Below, in pieces: positions 35,822 through 48,658 of a DNA stretch of 64,000 bases. The DNA comes from Pavona decussata (Eukaryota), in NCBI GenBank assembly GCA_977016875.1, contig CDRNST010000144.1, positions 4,588,001 to 4,652,000 on the forward strand, written 5' to 3'. A program made the position numbers and the translations under genes. Below the pieces are notes generated by a model. That model was not told the DNA's origin. It saw only the letters and a list, made by a program, of their open reading frames with translations, and did not search any database. How positions within the stretch are numbered: position 1 is the first letter of the stretch; every line of letters starts with the position of its first letter.

Positions 35822-36775
35822 GTAGGTAGGTAGGTATGTAGGTATTTTATTTATCCACATTACACGGATGACTACAAGACTCGTTTAAACGTGAACGTGC
35901 CAAATAACTATAAATCCAGTACCTATTAAAAAGTATTAAATAAATCAATAGCAAAAAAATATTCGAAAACCAACAATACTGAGGGAAAAACTAGCAATAT
36001 AAAATCCAAACTATGTACAGAGGTTACAATTGCACTTAACTCCAGTTGTCAAATTTTCATTTTTCAGCATTGACTTAACCCTTTAAACCTACGTTCGTTT
36101 TATTTGCATGTTTTTGAGTTCGCCTTGTTCTGGGTTGATTTTGTAACATTATAGTGACAGCGACTGTCAACAACAACACATCGTTTTTAAGAACAGCGAG
36201 AGACCTTTGTATTTCTTTCTGTGTTCGCATTGATAGTTGGCCCCTCGTGGGGTTACAAGGTCAAATATTCCACTTTTTTGGTCCCTGAACTAGGAAAAAT
36301 GCATTATGTTGCCAGGCGGTAGCTTGAGAAATTAAGCTGAGAACCTTTTATTGCCGTCCCCATTTATGGCCCGATATTTCACTGTATTTAGCAAAATGTG
36401 GGTTGCATGCAATGAATGATTTCTTTCACAGGCAGATATGAACATGTCGCATTTTAAACCTATTTTTCTTGCATTAAACTACCTTGAGAGTACAAAGTTT
36501 ACTAGAAATTGCCAGAGAACGTTAAAAGTACTCCTTTTGACCTGCCAATGCCAGAAATCTCTTCATAAAACATTGTATCTGGCATTGTTTGTTTTCTGAC
36601 ATAGGCTATTCTCCTCTTGTACCGATCGAGTAAAATTATCGTTCGCCGGCGAACGATAAAATCGAACAAAAAAGGTTAAAGGGTTAAAAACATTAAGAGA
36701 TGGGGCTCTCCTAACACAATCAGGTAGATTGTTCCATAATCTTTAGATGATGTAGTGAAATTACCTATGAATAAA
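35822..36775 (-). mobile_element. 3' end of a CR1/L2-type LINE interrupted by a MITE
   Basis: With the insert removed, the minus strand reads RLWNNLPDCVRRAPSLNVFKSMLKN (WNxLP..SLxxFK motif), later AATAAA and a (TACC)n tail. Confidence 0.75.
36079..36683. mobile_element. piggyBac-like MITE
   Basis: TTAA|ccctttaaacct ... aggttaaaggg|TTAA. Confidence 0.8.
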
Positions 36776-36897
36776 TCTGCTGTTAGTTCCAAAACGATCT
36801 TGATTTTCTAAAAATCTGTAGGAACTAACGAGTCGTAAAAAAAAGTAAAAAAAGCAAAGTAAAGCAAATTTCTTTAAACACAGTTCGATTTTAATTC

Positions 36898-36972
36898 AGC
36901 TAGTGGGTAAGAGAAGGACTCAAGCTTGATACCTTCAGATTACGAGCCCACGACTCTAACCACTCCGCCAAA
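36898..36972 (-). mobile_element. Degenerate tRNA-like SINE head
   Basis: Minus strand tggcggagtggttagagtcg (A box), with gcttgagtcc as a decayed B box. Confidence 0.5.
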
Positions 36973-37903
36973 CCGAGATCATCGATAAGGTTAAAGTAAT
37001 CCTCAATTTTGACGGCCTTCACGTCATTTTATCTCACTTAAACATGAAATCAGAATTTTGAATTTTAAATGCATCGGCAGGTGTTCTTGGTTGTATGCAA
37101 AACTAATCAGAAAATATCTGTTGTATGTTTGTATGTACTATTCTCTCTTTTCGCAAACGCGATCATTTAAGCTATGCTACCCATTTTTAGTATTATTTAA
37201 AAACAAAAAAGTTAAAAAGGCATGTTGTACTGAATTAAAACTAATGGTTAATTTAAAATTACTTGACTAATTTTTTTGAATCGATAAATAAGTGTGTTTG
37301 GCTACTGATGGGCAAGGATGGAAATGGATTGAATAGCTTTTGTCTTGCCAAAATTGCGAAAACTGTTTGTTCTCCTTGCTCCAAAATCACTTAACATCTT
37401 CCTTGCCTGGTGTTTTAGGGGCATTCCTCATCTGTACGAGGAAAGGTGCTTACGTTTAATGTCAATGCAGTTTCACAGCTTTAGACCCAGAAGGTAACAA
37501 TACTGTTCAGATGAATGTTATTCTGACCCTTATGTTGTGACACAAAAGTTTGTCATTTCCTTTGCTGAAGTAAAAATTGAAAATACACGGCGGCACGGAA
37601 ACCTGTCGCACTTCAATTGAATGATCAAACCACGTGATTTCATTCACAGATCCAAAGTTGCAACCACATTGCACAGCATGACAAACAGCAACAAAGAAAG
37701 CCCCGCTCGATCATTTTCATTTGAGTGGTCCCGGCGCACTTATACAATTTCATCTACAGAATGCTAGTAAAGGCTGCATGATGCGATTGAGCATCAGTAA
37801 AAACACACGACAAAACAAGATTAGTAAACAAAGAGCGACCCTTATTAAAAATCGTTTCCTTGCAACTACAATGGGAAATTTCGAGATCAACACGAAAGCT
37901 TAA

Positions 37904-38518
37904 AGTGCCCCTAACCCTTCAATTTGTTTTCTCGTGGTAGATTTTCATATCTTTCAAGAACTCATTTTCGAAAAAATTTTTGAGAAATATTGAATCCTTT
38001 TTATTTTACGAGCGCTAAAAGTTACTGAAATTTTTAAATTTTTGCGCCCTTTAAGCCCCGCTGGACAAATTTTTCTCTCGTGGGCTCATTAGGAACGAGC
38101 CAATGAGAAGCGTCCGATATTTGACACTTTCTTAGCTGTGACGTAAGAAAAGGACACCAGAAGGATTCAGAAGGATTCAGAAGGAATCTTATGCATGCTG
38201 ATTCCTTTCTCTACATTTCGAGAGTTGCTGCATCCAAAAACCACACATTTTCCAACCATTTTCTCTGTTTACAATTGAAGCATTACCGCGAATCTTCGGA
38301 TATTTTTGCACGATGTCCTTTTCTTACGTCACGCTCCACATTTGGCCGAGTGGGGGACTAATGCGAACGATAGGTGAAAATATCGACAAGACTGCCTTCA
38401 CTTCTAGCGCTCGTAAAAAAAAAAGAATTCAATATTTCTCAAAATTTTTTTCGAAAATGAGTTCTTGAAAGATATGGAAATCTACCAAAAGAAAACAAAT
38501 TGAAGGGTTAGGGGCACT
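37904..38518. mobile_element. TTAA-flanked MITE with ~120-bp TIRs (Kolobok-like)
   Basis: TTAA|agtgcccctaacccttcaatttgttttc ... gaaaacaaattgaagggttaggggcact|TTAA; internal inverted gtgacgtaagaaaaggaca; three agaagga(t/a)tc units. Confidence 0.88.
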
Positions 38519-39603
38519 TTAAGAAAGAATCATGCTTCCCTGCAGATACTTTGAAAGATTAGGCAACGAGTAACGAAAACATATCGCACGGTAATTGTGG
38601 CTGTAACCGAAAAGTTTTGGCTTTAAGCTGTTGTTTTATATACAAGTGTCAAAACAAAGGGATACACGTATACGGATACAGTGGATCACAGCGCCTATTG
38701 AATTGTTTTGTAAATCCGTGCTACCTTTTTTCCCGGAATTTAAAAAATTGATAGTCGACATACCAGGTTTGAATGATAAAAACAATGTCCAAGCTAGTGG
38801 CAGACATGACTTCAGCGACTGGCTCCACATGAAAGCCGCCCGAAATAAACTTCATCAACTGTTGACAATTTTAACGTTTTAATCAATATTGAAGCGGGCG
38901 CATAATTATCATTTCAAATGAAATACAAACATGACAGCATGTTGGCGTCGCAATATTTTGGTTAAGAGCAAAATAATCTAAAGCGCATTTGAAGCAGCTG
39001 GTAAGCTATATTTTTGAATCACAAAATTAACCTCTCGACCAATGCTTATGGGTATAGCACTAATTTGGCTCGCGCTGCACTTTGAAAAACTGAAATTAAA
39101 CATATTGTTAAAGTTGATTTGTATGCAGAACTTGTAGATACGTTTTAATTCGTTTCAAAATAATAATAAAAAAAATTTTCTATTCAACGTCCTTCATCGT
39201 ACTGAAATAAATACATCTTGCTCGCTGAAGAGGAAGCTGGTTTTAGTATTTTATATCTCTCTCATTTGATGATAATGATGATGATGTTTATTAAATATCA
39301 CATAGTCGCACCTAAACGTGAATTACAATGTGTTTAAAGAGAATTTGTAAATTTACAATGTCTTATATCAAAGCTACAAGGGGACTGAAATTAGAAGTAT
39401 GAAAAACTACCAACATTTATATTATTTCCCTTGCTAAATCCTAAATCTAATGTGTAACATTTCTCCCATTTAACATTGTCATCATAATCACATCATCATT
39501 ATCATTATGGCAGTGTAAAACGTCTGGAAGCCAAGTAAAACCAAAACAATTTGATCGCGAATGTGGCAAACTTTGATGTAAAAATAATCCCAAAAATAGT
39601 ACA

Positions 39604-40437
39604 TAAGGCACTCGAATTTCAGGCGGCATTTCTTTAGGATGGCAAACTGCTCGTCAAGATTGTTCAGTCTTTGATCGTGTTGGTCCTTAAGATGTTTGCC
39701 GATGACGGAATACTTGTGCTCCTCAATGCGGAGGTGGAGGTGACGGCTTGTGTAGCCTATATAATTCGCATCACACAAATTGCATTTAAACTCATATACA
39801 ACGCCTTGTTGATTTACCAATGAGGGCTTTGTTTCCGTGACTTTCAGGTCTTCCAAAATTTTCCTACTTGTAAACACCGCTTGTCATCCTCACCGGACCT
39901 TTTCTCAAAAGAATGCCAGGACCTGAGAACAATGTTTCTGAAACTGAAATATCCTGAGAAACTTATTGACTCTATTTTCAAGAGTTTCCACGCTTCCCAA
40001 GACCAGAACCAAAACCAAATTGAGCCAGTCGACAACCCCGTACGAATCATCTTGCCTTTTAAAGATCAGAAATCCGCCGACTCCGTGCGCAGACAACTAA
40101 GCGATCTTGGAAAGAAAATCGATTGTGTTCTACCACCAGTGTTTACAAGTAGGAAAATTTCGGAAGACCTGAAAGTCACGGAAACAAAGCCCTCATTGGT
40201 AAATCAACAAGGCGTTGTGTATGAGTTTAAATGCAATTCGTGTGATGCGAATTATATAGGCTACACAAGCCGTCACCTCCACCTCCGCATTGAGGAGCAC
40301 AAGTATTCCGTCATCGGTAAACATCTTAAGGACCAACACGATCAAAGACCGAACAATCTTGACGAGCAGTTTGCCATCCTAAAGAAATGCCGCGGGAAAT
40401 TCGAGTGCCTTATTTACGAGATGCTTCTAATAAGGAA
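39604..40437 (+). mobile_element. Truncated Penelope-like retroelement (RT C-terminus/linker + GIY-YIG endonuclease) with inverted 5' duplicate and 12-bp TSD
   Basis: VVYEFKCNSCDANYIGYTSRHLHLRIEEH; 39603-39877 is the near-perfect reverse complement of 40139-40413; aaaaatagtaca at 39592 and 40438. Confidence 0.9.
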
Positions 40438-40660
40438 AAAAATAGTACACTTATAATAAAAACAAAGGTGCCTACCTTTAAAAATATGGATAGTGAAATA
40501 TTAATGTGTTAAATAAGTGTATGTTAAATCATACTTAAACGGCGGTATTATTACAATAATATTATTGTTTCGTTGTAATGTATTTTGGGCTGGAAAATGC
40601 CGGACGGCACGAACATGGAGAAAAAACTGTGTTCTAGTCCTAAAATCCGATGACGGTGTC

Positions 40661-40800
40661 GTCCCAGTTGTCCAAAAGGCGGATAGCAATGGATAAATCG
40701 CTATCCAGCCGATAAAATGGACTTCAACCAATACATTTTATCCGCTGGATAGCGACTTATCCGCTGGATAAAGTTATCCGCTCTTTGAACAACTGGGGCC
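40661..40800. mobile_element. Short palindromic MITE
   Basis: cccagttgtccaaa / tttgaacaactggg; internal tatcc(g/a)..ggata repeats. Confidence 0.75.
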
Positions 40801-42720
40801 AGTACTAGAACTTGTCTCACAGGAAATTCAACCAGGATAGGGGAGATGAAATATCTCGATCAGGCCATTTAGCCATTTTGAGCAATCTTTTAATTTTCAG
40901 AAAATATTACATAGCAAAACATGACGAGATCAACATGAACATTCTCCTTTATGTACGTGTATAATTTCAGCAAGGATAATTTTTGAACATCACGACATTT
41001 CATTGACAATGTAAGACGAAATTTCATCTTGATAACTACTGGGACTTCAGGGTTAATTGAATTAAACCACAAACTGAGTTGAAACCTGACAACTTTTTCT
41101 GTAAGTCAAACGAGAGTTAACTAACTGTCATATCTGAAACCTCAATAATCCGATGAGCGACTTTCTGGAGTCCCAAGCTGTTACTTTCTTCACGAATTTA
41201 CCTAAAAAATACGACATTCGAAGATACCCAGTGCGTAAGTGACAAAAGCAAGCAAAATTAACAATAGAAAAACTTCAAACCTTTCTTGTTTCAACTGTAT
41301 TTGTCAGCAGGTTTTAAAGTTATTTCGTCTTCGAATTTCTGCTGCCTTCCTCCGTTATTTTCTCTCCGGGTGGATCTCCTTTCTCACAATTATCACAATT
41401 TGAAATAAACCTTTTAATTAAGACCCAACTTTTGGTGGCCTTCCCGTAGCTTTGTTACTGAATGCAGGGCTCCAATGAAGAGTGTTGCACAATTTTGCTT
41501 CTACAGGCCTACCGTGATGAATCTTAAACTTTGATGGTAAATTGAAAACAGCCGTGTATTAATTATTAAGTGTTTACGAGCTTTAATGAGGCTCACACTG
41601 TTTATAGTTTCTCTTGGGTAAAGCCTTGAACCATCTAAAGTAGCTAACTTTCGAGTTGAAGGATGAAATTCTTGCTAGTGCGACTATTCAGCCAATTCTA
41701 TTGCGGGGCACTCTTCCCTGTACTGCTCAACGAAACGATGCAAGTTGTAATTAGATTTTCTCCCAAATGTTACCAGTCAAACGATAACCGACTAAACGTA
41801 GTTTTTTTTTTTCAGGAGGTAAAGTGGTTCCAATTTGTGGTTTTATCAAGTGTGCACGAGACAGCTATTAAATTACGTATTTTTCCGATGTACTGTTTAT
41901 CGTGCTGCACAAAATGGCCGTAAGTCTAAAATCCTCACGTGTGACCATTGAAATGAAATGTTTAGATAGTTTTTCGTTGCATGGTCTAGTTGGATACTGT
42001 ATACATATAAATCTCTTCTGATACCATCTGCGGTTGAACAAAACTTGGACAATTTATCTGTAAGCAAAACGCAAAATTGTGTGAAAGAAGCCATACGTGG
42101 AAATGGCGTATGCCGACAACATCCGTTTTATAAGTCTGTTGTTTCTAAAGAAAATATATATATATATAAATCATCTACTCTCTATGAATACAACATAAAA
42201 AAAATAAACATTTTGTTTGGGGTTTGCCTGCCCTGACCAAACTAGTCAACCTGTTAAGTGGTTTTACATCTTTTACATAAAAAAAACCTGGATGACATGT
42301 TTCATCTAAAACGCTTTCAAGACACTTGAAACACCTCTGGTGCAATTGAACAAATTTTCCTTTTTTATTATGAACCAGTTTTAATGATAATTGTGTTTAA
42401 TTTCCAGTGATTTTATTTGCGCCCCTAAGTGCATTTTAAAACGGAAGAGCTAGTAGTTCGTAACGTAGCGCATATTTATGTATTTGAAAAACGATAAGAC
42501 TAAAACCGCAAAAGGAAAACAAACCATGTCGACAGGACAGGTGGCCGATTCCAATTTTGTTTAATACAAGGATCAACCTCTCCAGAAAGATTTTGGAGAA
42601 AAGTCCTTACATGTTATGTCCAAAATATTAAAAGAAATTAAATCTACTTAAAATTGAACGAAAAGTACTATTATTTCAATTCAAGAAAACGTTGAAACCA
42701 CAAATAAACAACTCACTCAC

Positions 42721-42866
42721 GCGGTGCCACGAATTTTCCCTCCCTACATCATGGCCAAAAGCGTCACCAATCTTTAACGTGGATACATCTGGTCTACATC
42801 TTTAAATTCAGCGAAAATGTTTCCCCTCCTTCGCAAAACTTACTTTTTCTTGCACGTTGCGGAATT
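42721..42866 (-). other. Candidate non-coding (5' UTR) exon of the Erg gene
   Basis: Acceptor tttcttgtatttag and donor gtgagt; stops in all three frames; an internal donor gtaagt follows 42844. Confidence 0.45.
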
Positions 42867-45800
42867 CTAAATACAAGAAATATTGAAGGCTTGCGTCGAA
42901 ACGATAATAAAAATGATAACTACAAAGATAACAGTCAAAAACTGTTATAATAGGACAAATGCTACGTCGTGTATGGAAATGTAATTAGTAGAAAGCGAGA
43001 ATGGTAAGCTTAAAATAGGCGTACGTTATTATAATTACCATGCACTGAATTTTTAGCCAATTTGAACAAAGTATATTTCAGTCGGTATCACAAAGTACAT
43101 ATACAGTACGAGCGAGGCTCTCAGTTGGTCTATTTTTTACGTTTAATTGTGGTAATAAGTTCTGGCGTCCGGTTAAGAATCGCATATGTTTGTTTCTTGT
43201 GTCTCCTTATAACAGCATAAATTGCCGCTCGACTGCCAAATATCGCTCTTTATCTTTCACTCAAAACAACAACTCGTGGTGTGGGTTTCTCGACAACTAT
43301 GACAAAGTATCGTATACATATTGAAATATTTTTCTTGGTCGAGTTTTAAGAGTGACCCTTTGGAATATAACATTTACCTTGATGCTTCTTTTTTTGCCCA
43401 CGCTCCGAAGATGACCAAGCACTGATATGCAGCGTTTGTCAACAACACAAAATTAATTGTCAACTTTAAAAGTAGCTATTGCAGCGTGATCACCGCCTAA
43501 TCTTACAACAATTGCTTGGGCAGTTCATTGGTCCGGGCCCGCCTTTAACAAATCTCCTTATTTCTAGAACAGCTGGCAACGAGACAAGTGCAACAACGGT
43601 AATAGCCTTCGCTTGAATTTGCTTATTCGGTAAACTACTGTGAAAGAGGCCGTGAATCCGGAGCGGATAATTGAAATTCTCACCAGCTTCAGTTTTTAAC
43701 TCTGACTAGGATGGTGAAATTGGTGTAACATTATGTATCGAGAAAAAAAATTGTTAAAGTTTGCGCCTTCAAAGGTGAGATTTATACGACGAACTTCACT
43801 TGCGTCGAGAGAAATTGAAGCTCAGAAAACTGACAAAAATCGAAGGAAATCAACCAAATAAACATTTCACTTCAATTAGGAATGAGAGGTGAATGGCAGA
43901 AAACTCGAACAGAGTTCAGATATGATTCTCAACTAAAACTTGAATTCTACTCAACGCTTCGGTAAACTTCATTCAATAAGTTTTTTTTTTAGTTGTAATA
44001 TTTCCAAATCTTTGTAAGGCTCCCATAGAAAAAGATCGGACTCGAGACAGTTCTTCACGCACAAGGTAATTTGAAGTCTATGTTTTTTTTACTTCAATAA
44101 TCGTAAAACTCAAAGAATGGTCAAGAAACACTGTGCTAGCAGGAAAGAATTAAAAAAGAAAAAAAAAAAAGAAAATACACATTTCGAAGACGATTGTGCA
44201 ATTGCGTTACAGATACTTTTTCGATTTACATAACCGAACAATTTATCAATCGATCATTTCAACCGAGTTGTCAAACGCTTTAGTGGGGAAGGAATAGTTC
44301 GTACTAAATAGTCGAGTAAAAAAAGCATAAAAAGATGGAAAAAATCCCCCATATAGCTTTTAGCTATCGCACCTGCGTGACCTAATTGTTGTCACGCAAT
44401 CACGCTAAATTTAAAAATATGCACCCACTTGCACTATCATATTTTGAAATAAAAACCACCGAAAGAAGGAAGACCGTCATTTAACGGCCGTCCATTGCCT
44501 CGTGAAGAATTCAAAACTGGCTGTGAACTGACTGGTGCTGGTGAAAACAGCAAAACAAAGAGTAGGGAAAAAAGGCGTGCTGTGTAAATTGCATTGCGGT
44601 CAAGGAATGCTTTATGTTCTATCAAAACAATGGAAACCACACGGTGGTTCGTTTCAGCGCATACAATACCATGCATCTGTCCGTAAGGTGTCAGTAGACA
44701 CTAGTATTTGGGTGACAATACGACAAAAAAACCAGAGTTAATTTTTATAAAATGTCAGCTCGAGCTGTCAAATTGAGTAGAAAATGAGGCCAGCTTCGTT
44801 TTCCGAAAGCCAATAAATTAAATAATAGTTCGGAAATGCGGAGTACAGATTCTGATTCTAAGGTCTGTCATTTCGGCTTTCGCCTCGAAAGAGAACAAAC
44901 TTTGTCAGCTTAACTAAAAGGTGACTGAAACGATCTAAGACAAACAGAATGAACCCTTATTACAAGTAATGGGCTTTAGTATTCTCTTTGCCGGAATATT
45001 AGATTGAAACATCTGTTGAAAAACTTGAAAACTAAATAACATATACCGTTCAATCCCCACATCCCACCTTTTAAATGGAAATCGGTTCGTTTCTACATAT
45101 GTGCCACTTTGGATCCCATGTGCTCCGTTTTCTACTTTCAATTCACCTTTTTATTGTCTTCTACAAACAATGAATGTCAAAAACCCACACGAAGAATGAG
45201 ATACTTTTGGAAGGACTGATTCAACGATCATTTTGATTCCAAACGATTTGTCTGTCATGACTATTAACGTAGTAAGCAAAACAAGTATCGCTCCTTTCGA
45301 CTGGAGCCAGTAGGACATGTTTTCACGAAACCAGTGACAATGTTTGAAATATTTACTGCGCGGCAAAGGCGCTTTGTCCAAGGCGGTACGTTCACCAGTA
45401 CATGAAACGTAAAAAAAATCCTCATGCCTCACATTAGATGTGACTGAATTAACACAGTCAGCGATAATCAGAGTTACAGCACAAAAGAAGCTTTACAATA
45501 AAATGCAAACAGCCCTTCACACTTTTGTTACAAAGTAGTGTTAAAGAAGAGCAAAAATATATTAGCCATCCATATGGTACAACAATAATCACTTCACAAG
45601 CAATCAAACACGATTTTTGCCCTAAGGCGCGAAACATACATGATATAACCATTCAATGTTTTGACAAAAGGTGGAATATTTTTGGACCAGCATCAAAATT
45701 GTCTTTTCTGAAAAGTTTTGATTTACAGTGGTTAATTTTTCAATGAAACAAACTAATGGTTTAATCTGCTAAACGAATAAAATCAAGAAATGCCACGTGA

Positions 45801-46229
45801 AGGAAAATGCTCGCCAAGTTTCGCAAGAGACTGAAATATTAATATACACACATTGAAAAAATTGAAGAACTTTGACAAGTGGATTTTAATTACCGACATA
45901 CACATGATTCATTTGAAATTTAATACGACAGCGTCTATCTTGGTAAAATAAAACTATTCAGTACGGATAAGAATCTCGGATGAGTCCATACAAAACTCTT
46001 ATGAGGTAGTTCAGAGAATCATCGATGGCTGGATATCACTGAAATGGTCATTAGCACCAAACTAAGAGTTGCAACATTTGTTGACAAGCCGTTGAATTGA
46101 AAAGTAAACATTGGAGTACTGATACCGAAGCATTAAGACATCTTCTGACTTTATGATGCGTTAACTAAAATAAGCTTTACAGAAGCGGGTTATGTTCTCC
46201 AAAATAAGCGATGTATGTAAGAAGCTTAC

Positions 46230-46292
46230 CTTAAGAGGAAACTGGAGAAGACTGTATTCCTCCGTGCGGACGATCAGTGACTCGGTTGACAT
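46230..46292 (-). CDS. Candidate alternative first coding exon of Erg (MSTESLIVRTEEYSLLQFPLK)
   Basis: acaATG, 21 open codons, AAG|gtaagc donor in phase 0, compatible with the acceptor at 32873. Confidence 0.4.
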
Positions 46293-48021
46293 TGTAAGCC
46301 TTGTTATTATTGCCTTTCCATTTTTTGTGCCTTTTTCAGCTTTAACTGATATAAGTTATAACGACTGACTGACAGATAAATGCGGTGTTCAATGTTTAGA
46401 GGTTTAGCCAATCCATAAGTCGGCGATCAATGCCAAGCTATCAAGCTGCCAATTCACCAACCCGTAAAAATAGTACAAAGAAAGGAAGATATTTCAAACA
46501 GTGATATCCCTAATTTACATTTTAACTTCAGGTAAACAGCGGGAATCAACAGCGATGTTCACAAAGTGTCGGTCAACCACAAAATCTGTGCCAGTGACCA
46601 AAATAAATCGAATCCCATTAAAACCCAAGTTAAATCCCTATTAGGATTACATAACCAGCAGCTTAACCTCGCTATTTTTCTCCCAAAATGATCAAGTCTT
46701 GCTTTCCAACTCCAGGGCAATGATTTTGGAGAGAAAGAATTCGTTGCGAGGGACATTTTTTCATCCTGTGTTCTCTAATTACTGTCCTCCAATCGGAGAC
46801 TACATAAATTCCCGCCGCCTATTAATTACGCAAAAAACCTGTTTGCAAGTTGAGACAGCCGCCAACGCAAGACGACCAATTTGGACCATAATTTTCTTTC
46901 ATTCTTTGTAAAAGAAATACCAGTTTATCAGTTCCTGTCTACTTATAAAATTACACTCAGCTATTTCATTTAGACCGAAGAAATTATCAACAAAGCTACA
47001 CAAAAAATCCAAAGTCACTCGCGCACAAATAGGAAATAAACTTCGTAAATTGTTGCTTCGTTGTGAGAGGCAGGCCATGGGTACATATTTATAATTGCGC
47101 TGGGGCTTAATTGCTAGAGAGCGGCAAAAGTCTAAATTGTAAGCGTGAGGCGTGCGCACGTAAAAAGGTGTTCTACGTTTTGTTCCTGACGTAACATAAA
47201 ACGATAACGGATCGTACTATATTGACATTGTGGCAACATACAAAACGTGAACCAGTGTATCCTCGGTCAAGTGGTGTCAGTTTGCACTGGATTTAGACGC
47301 AAAATTTATGTGAAAGTTCCTAAACTGTACATGAATTACGACAAAAAAACACAAACCACGACCAACCACAGAACCCAAGCGTTTATCTCGGTGGACATCT
47401 GTTCGGTTATAATCACCACAGAAATTCGAATATAGTCGTATAGAAAATCTCTAGATTTTAAAAATACGAAAAGAAATAAGCTAGCATTTTCGTAAAACGA
47501 ACAACAGCTACAAAATTCCTGTTTCCCAAAACTTTCTGCAACAAAATTTTGAGCTAGGCACCCGAACAGATCAATCTGTATTAGCTTACACAGATATGTC
47601 TTTAAAAGGGACCAAAACGATTTAAGAACACAGAAAACAATGTTCTCTTTGGATTCCCCTGTTAATAGTTGAATTAAAACGGCAGGTGCAAGAATTTCTA
47701 TTTGTTTTTTGTTTTGTTTTTTCTTGTTTTTTTTTTTTTTTTTCTTTTGAAAGTCCGGCAAAACATTTTGAATTTAGTTAGGACCTTGGAAAAGATTTCC
47801 AAGACTGAAATAGTTTTGGCGATCGCCAGCCATGATGGTTTTGCGCCGATGAGATCGAGGAGAGAAAAATGTCTTCCCTCCAGATCTCAGCACACCCTCA
47901 ATGAGTTTGATGTACACAGTCAAATTTGATTTAGCTGCGGTACGAGGCGAGCTTAAAGCTTGCAGATTATTCAAGGTTTCAAATATTAGGGTTACCTAGT
48001 TCGGAAAACTGTAAATGGTTT

Positions 48022-48658
48022 GAAACAAGGAGTCCAGTCATAAGGTCAGGTCAGGCCACCTACATTGGTAAGGCCGGCAGAAATTTAAACCTACGGCTGA
48101 CTGAATACAAACGAGCAACTAGAAATGGTGATATCAACAATCACATTACTGAGCACCATTTACAAACGAAGCACAGAATCGACTGGGACTCTACCAAGTG
48201 CATTACCTACAGTACAAATTACTATCAACGACTCACTCTGGAAAGCTGGTTTACTAACTTACAACAAACGCCACTCAACCGTTGCCTACAACTACCTACA
48301 CCATACAAACGACTTATTGACAACATCAACGAAACAGACAAACAATAGACATTTCACTAATAATAGACCCACGGACTTTTGACTAGCAAAAGACGGATCG
48401 AAACGCACAAATCACTTTCTACAATCTTCACAGCCAATTACATCACGGCTTACTGACAAACGATCAATAAAATCTCGATTTCGCTGATCATTTAGGTTAA
48501 CAACCAGAGACTTATATACCATCTACTGACGTTCCACAATTCACTTGACTCTGAAGATGACTTCCGCTAAGGTTATCGAAACGTCAGTCAGAGTCACCTC
48601 AAACAGTCCTTCTCAGGACTATACTCACCCAGATGATCATAATTTACGTACTTATGAC
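48022..48658 (+). mobile_element. 3' fragment of a second Penelope-like element (GIY-YIG C-terminal part + pLTR)
   Basis: 48052-48348 reads QATYIGKAGRNLNLRLTEYKRATRNGDINNHITEHHLQTKHRIDWD..RLTLESWFTN..LN. Confidence 0.85.
48546..48590 (+). ncRNA. Minimal type-I hammerhead ribozyme motif in the PLE 3' region
   Basis: Stem I UGACU/AGUCA, core CUGAAGA (48551), stem II, GAAA (48578), GUC cleavage triplet (48583-48585), vestigial stem III. Confidence 0.75.

Noticed and set aside
39205-39245. Second hammerhead (gctgaagagg..)
   Set aside because: The CUGAAGA core is present but no GAAA half follows; at most a truncated relic.
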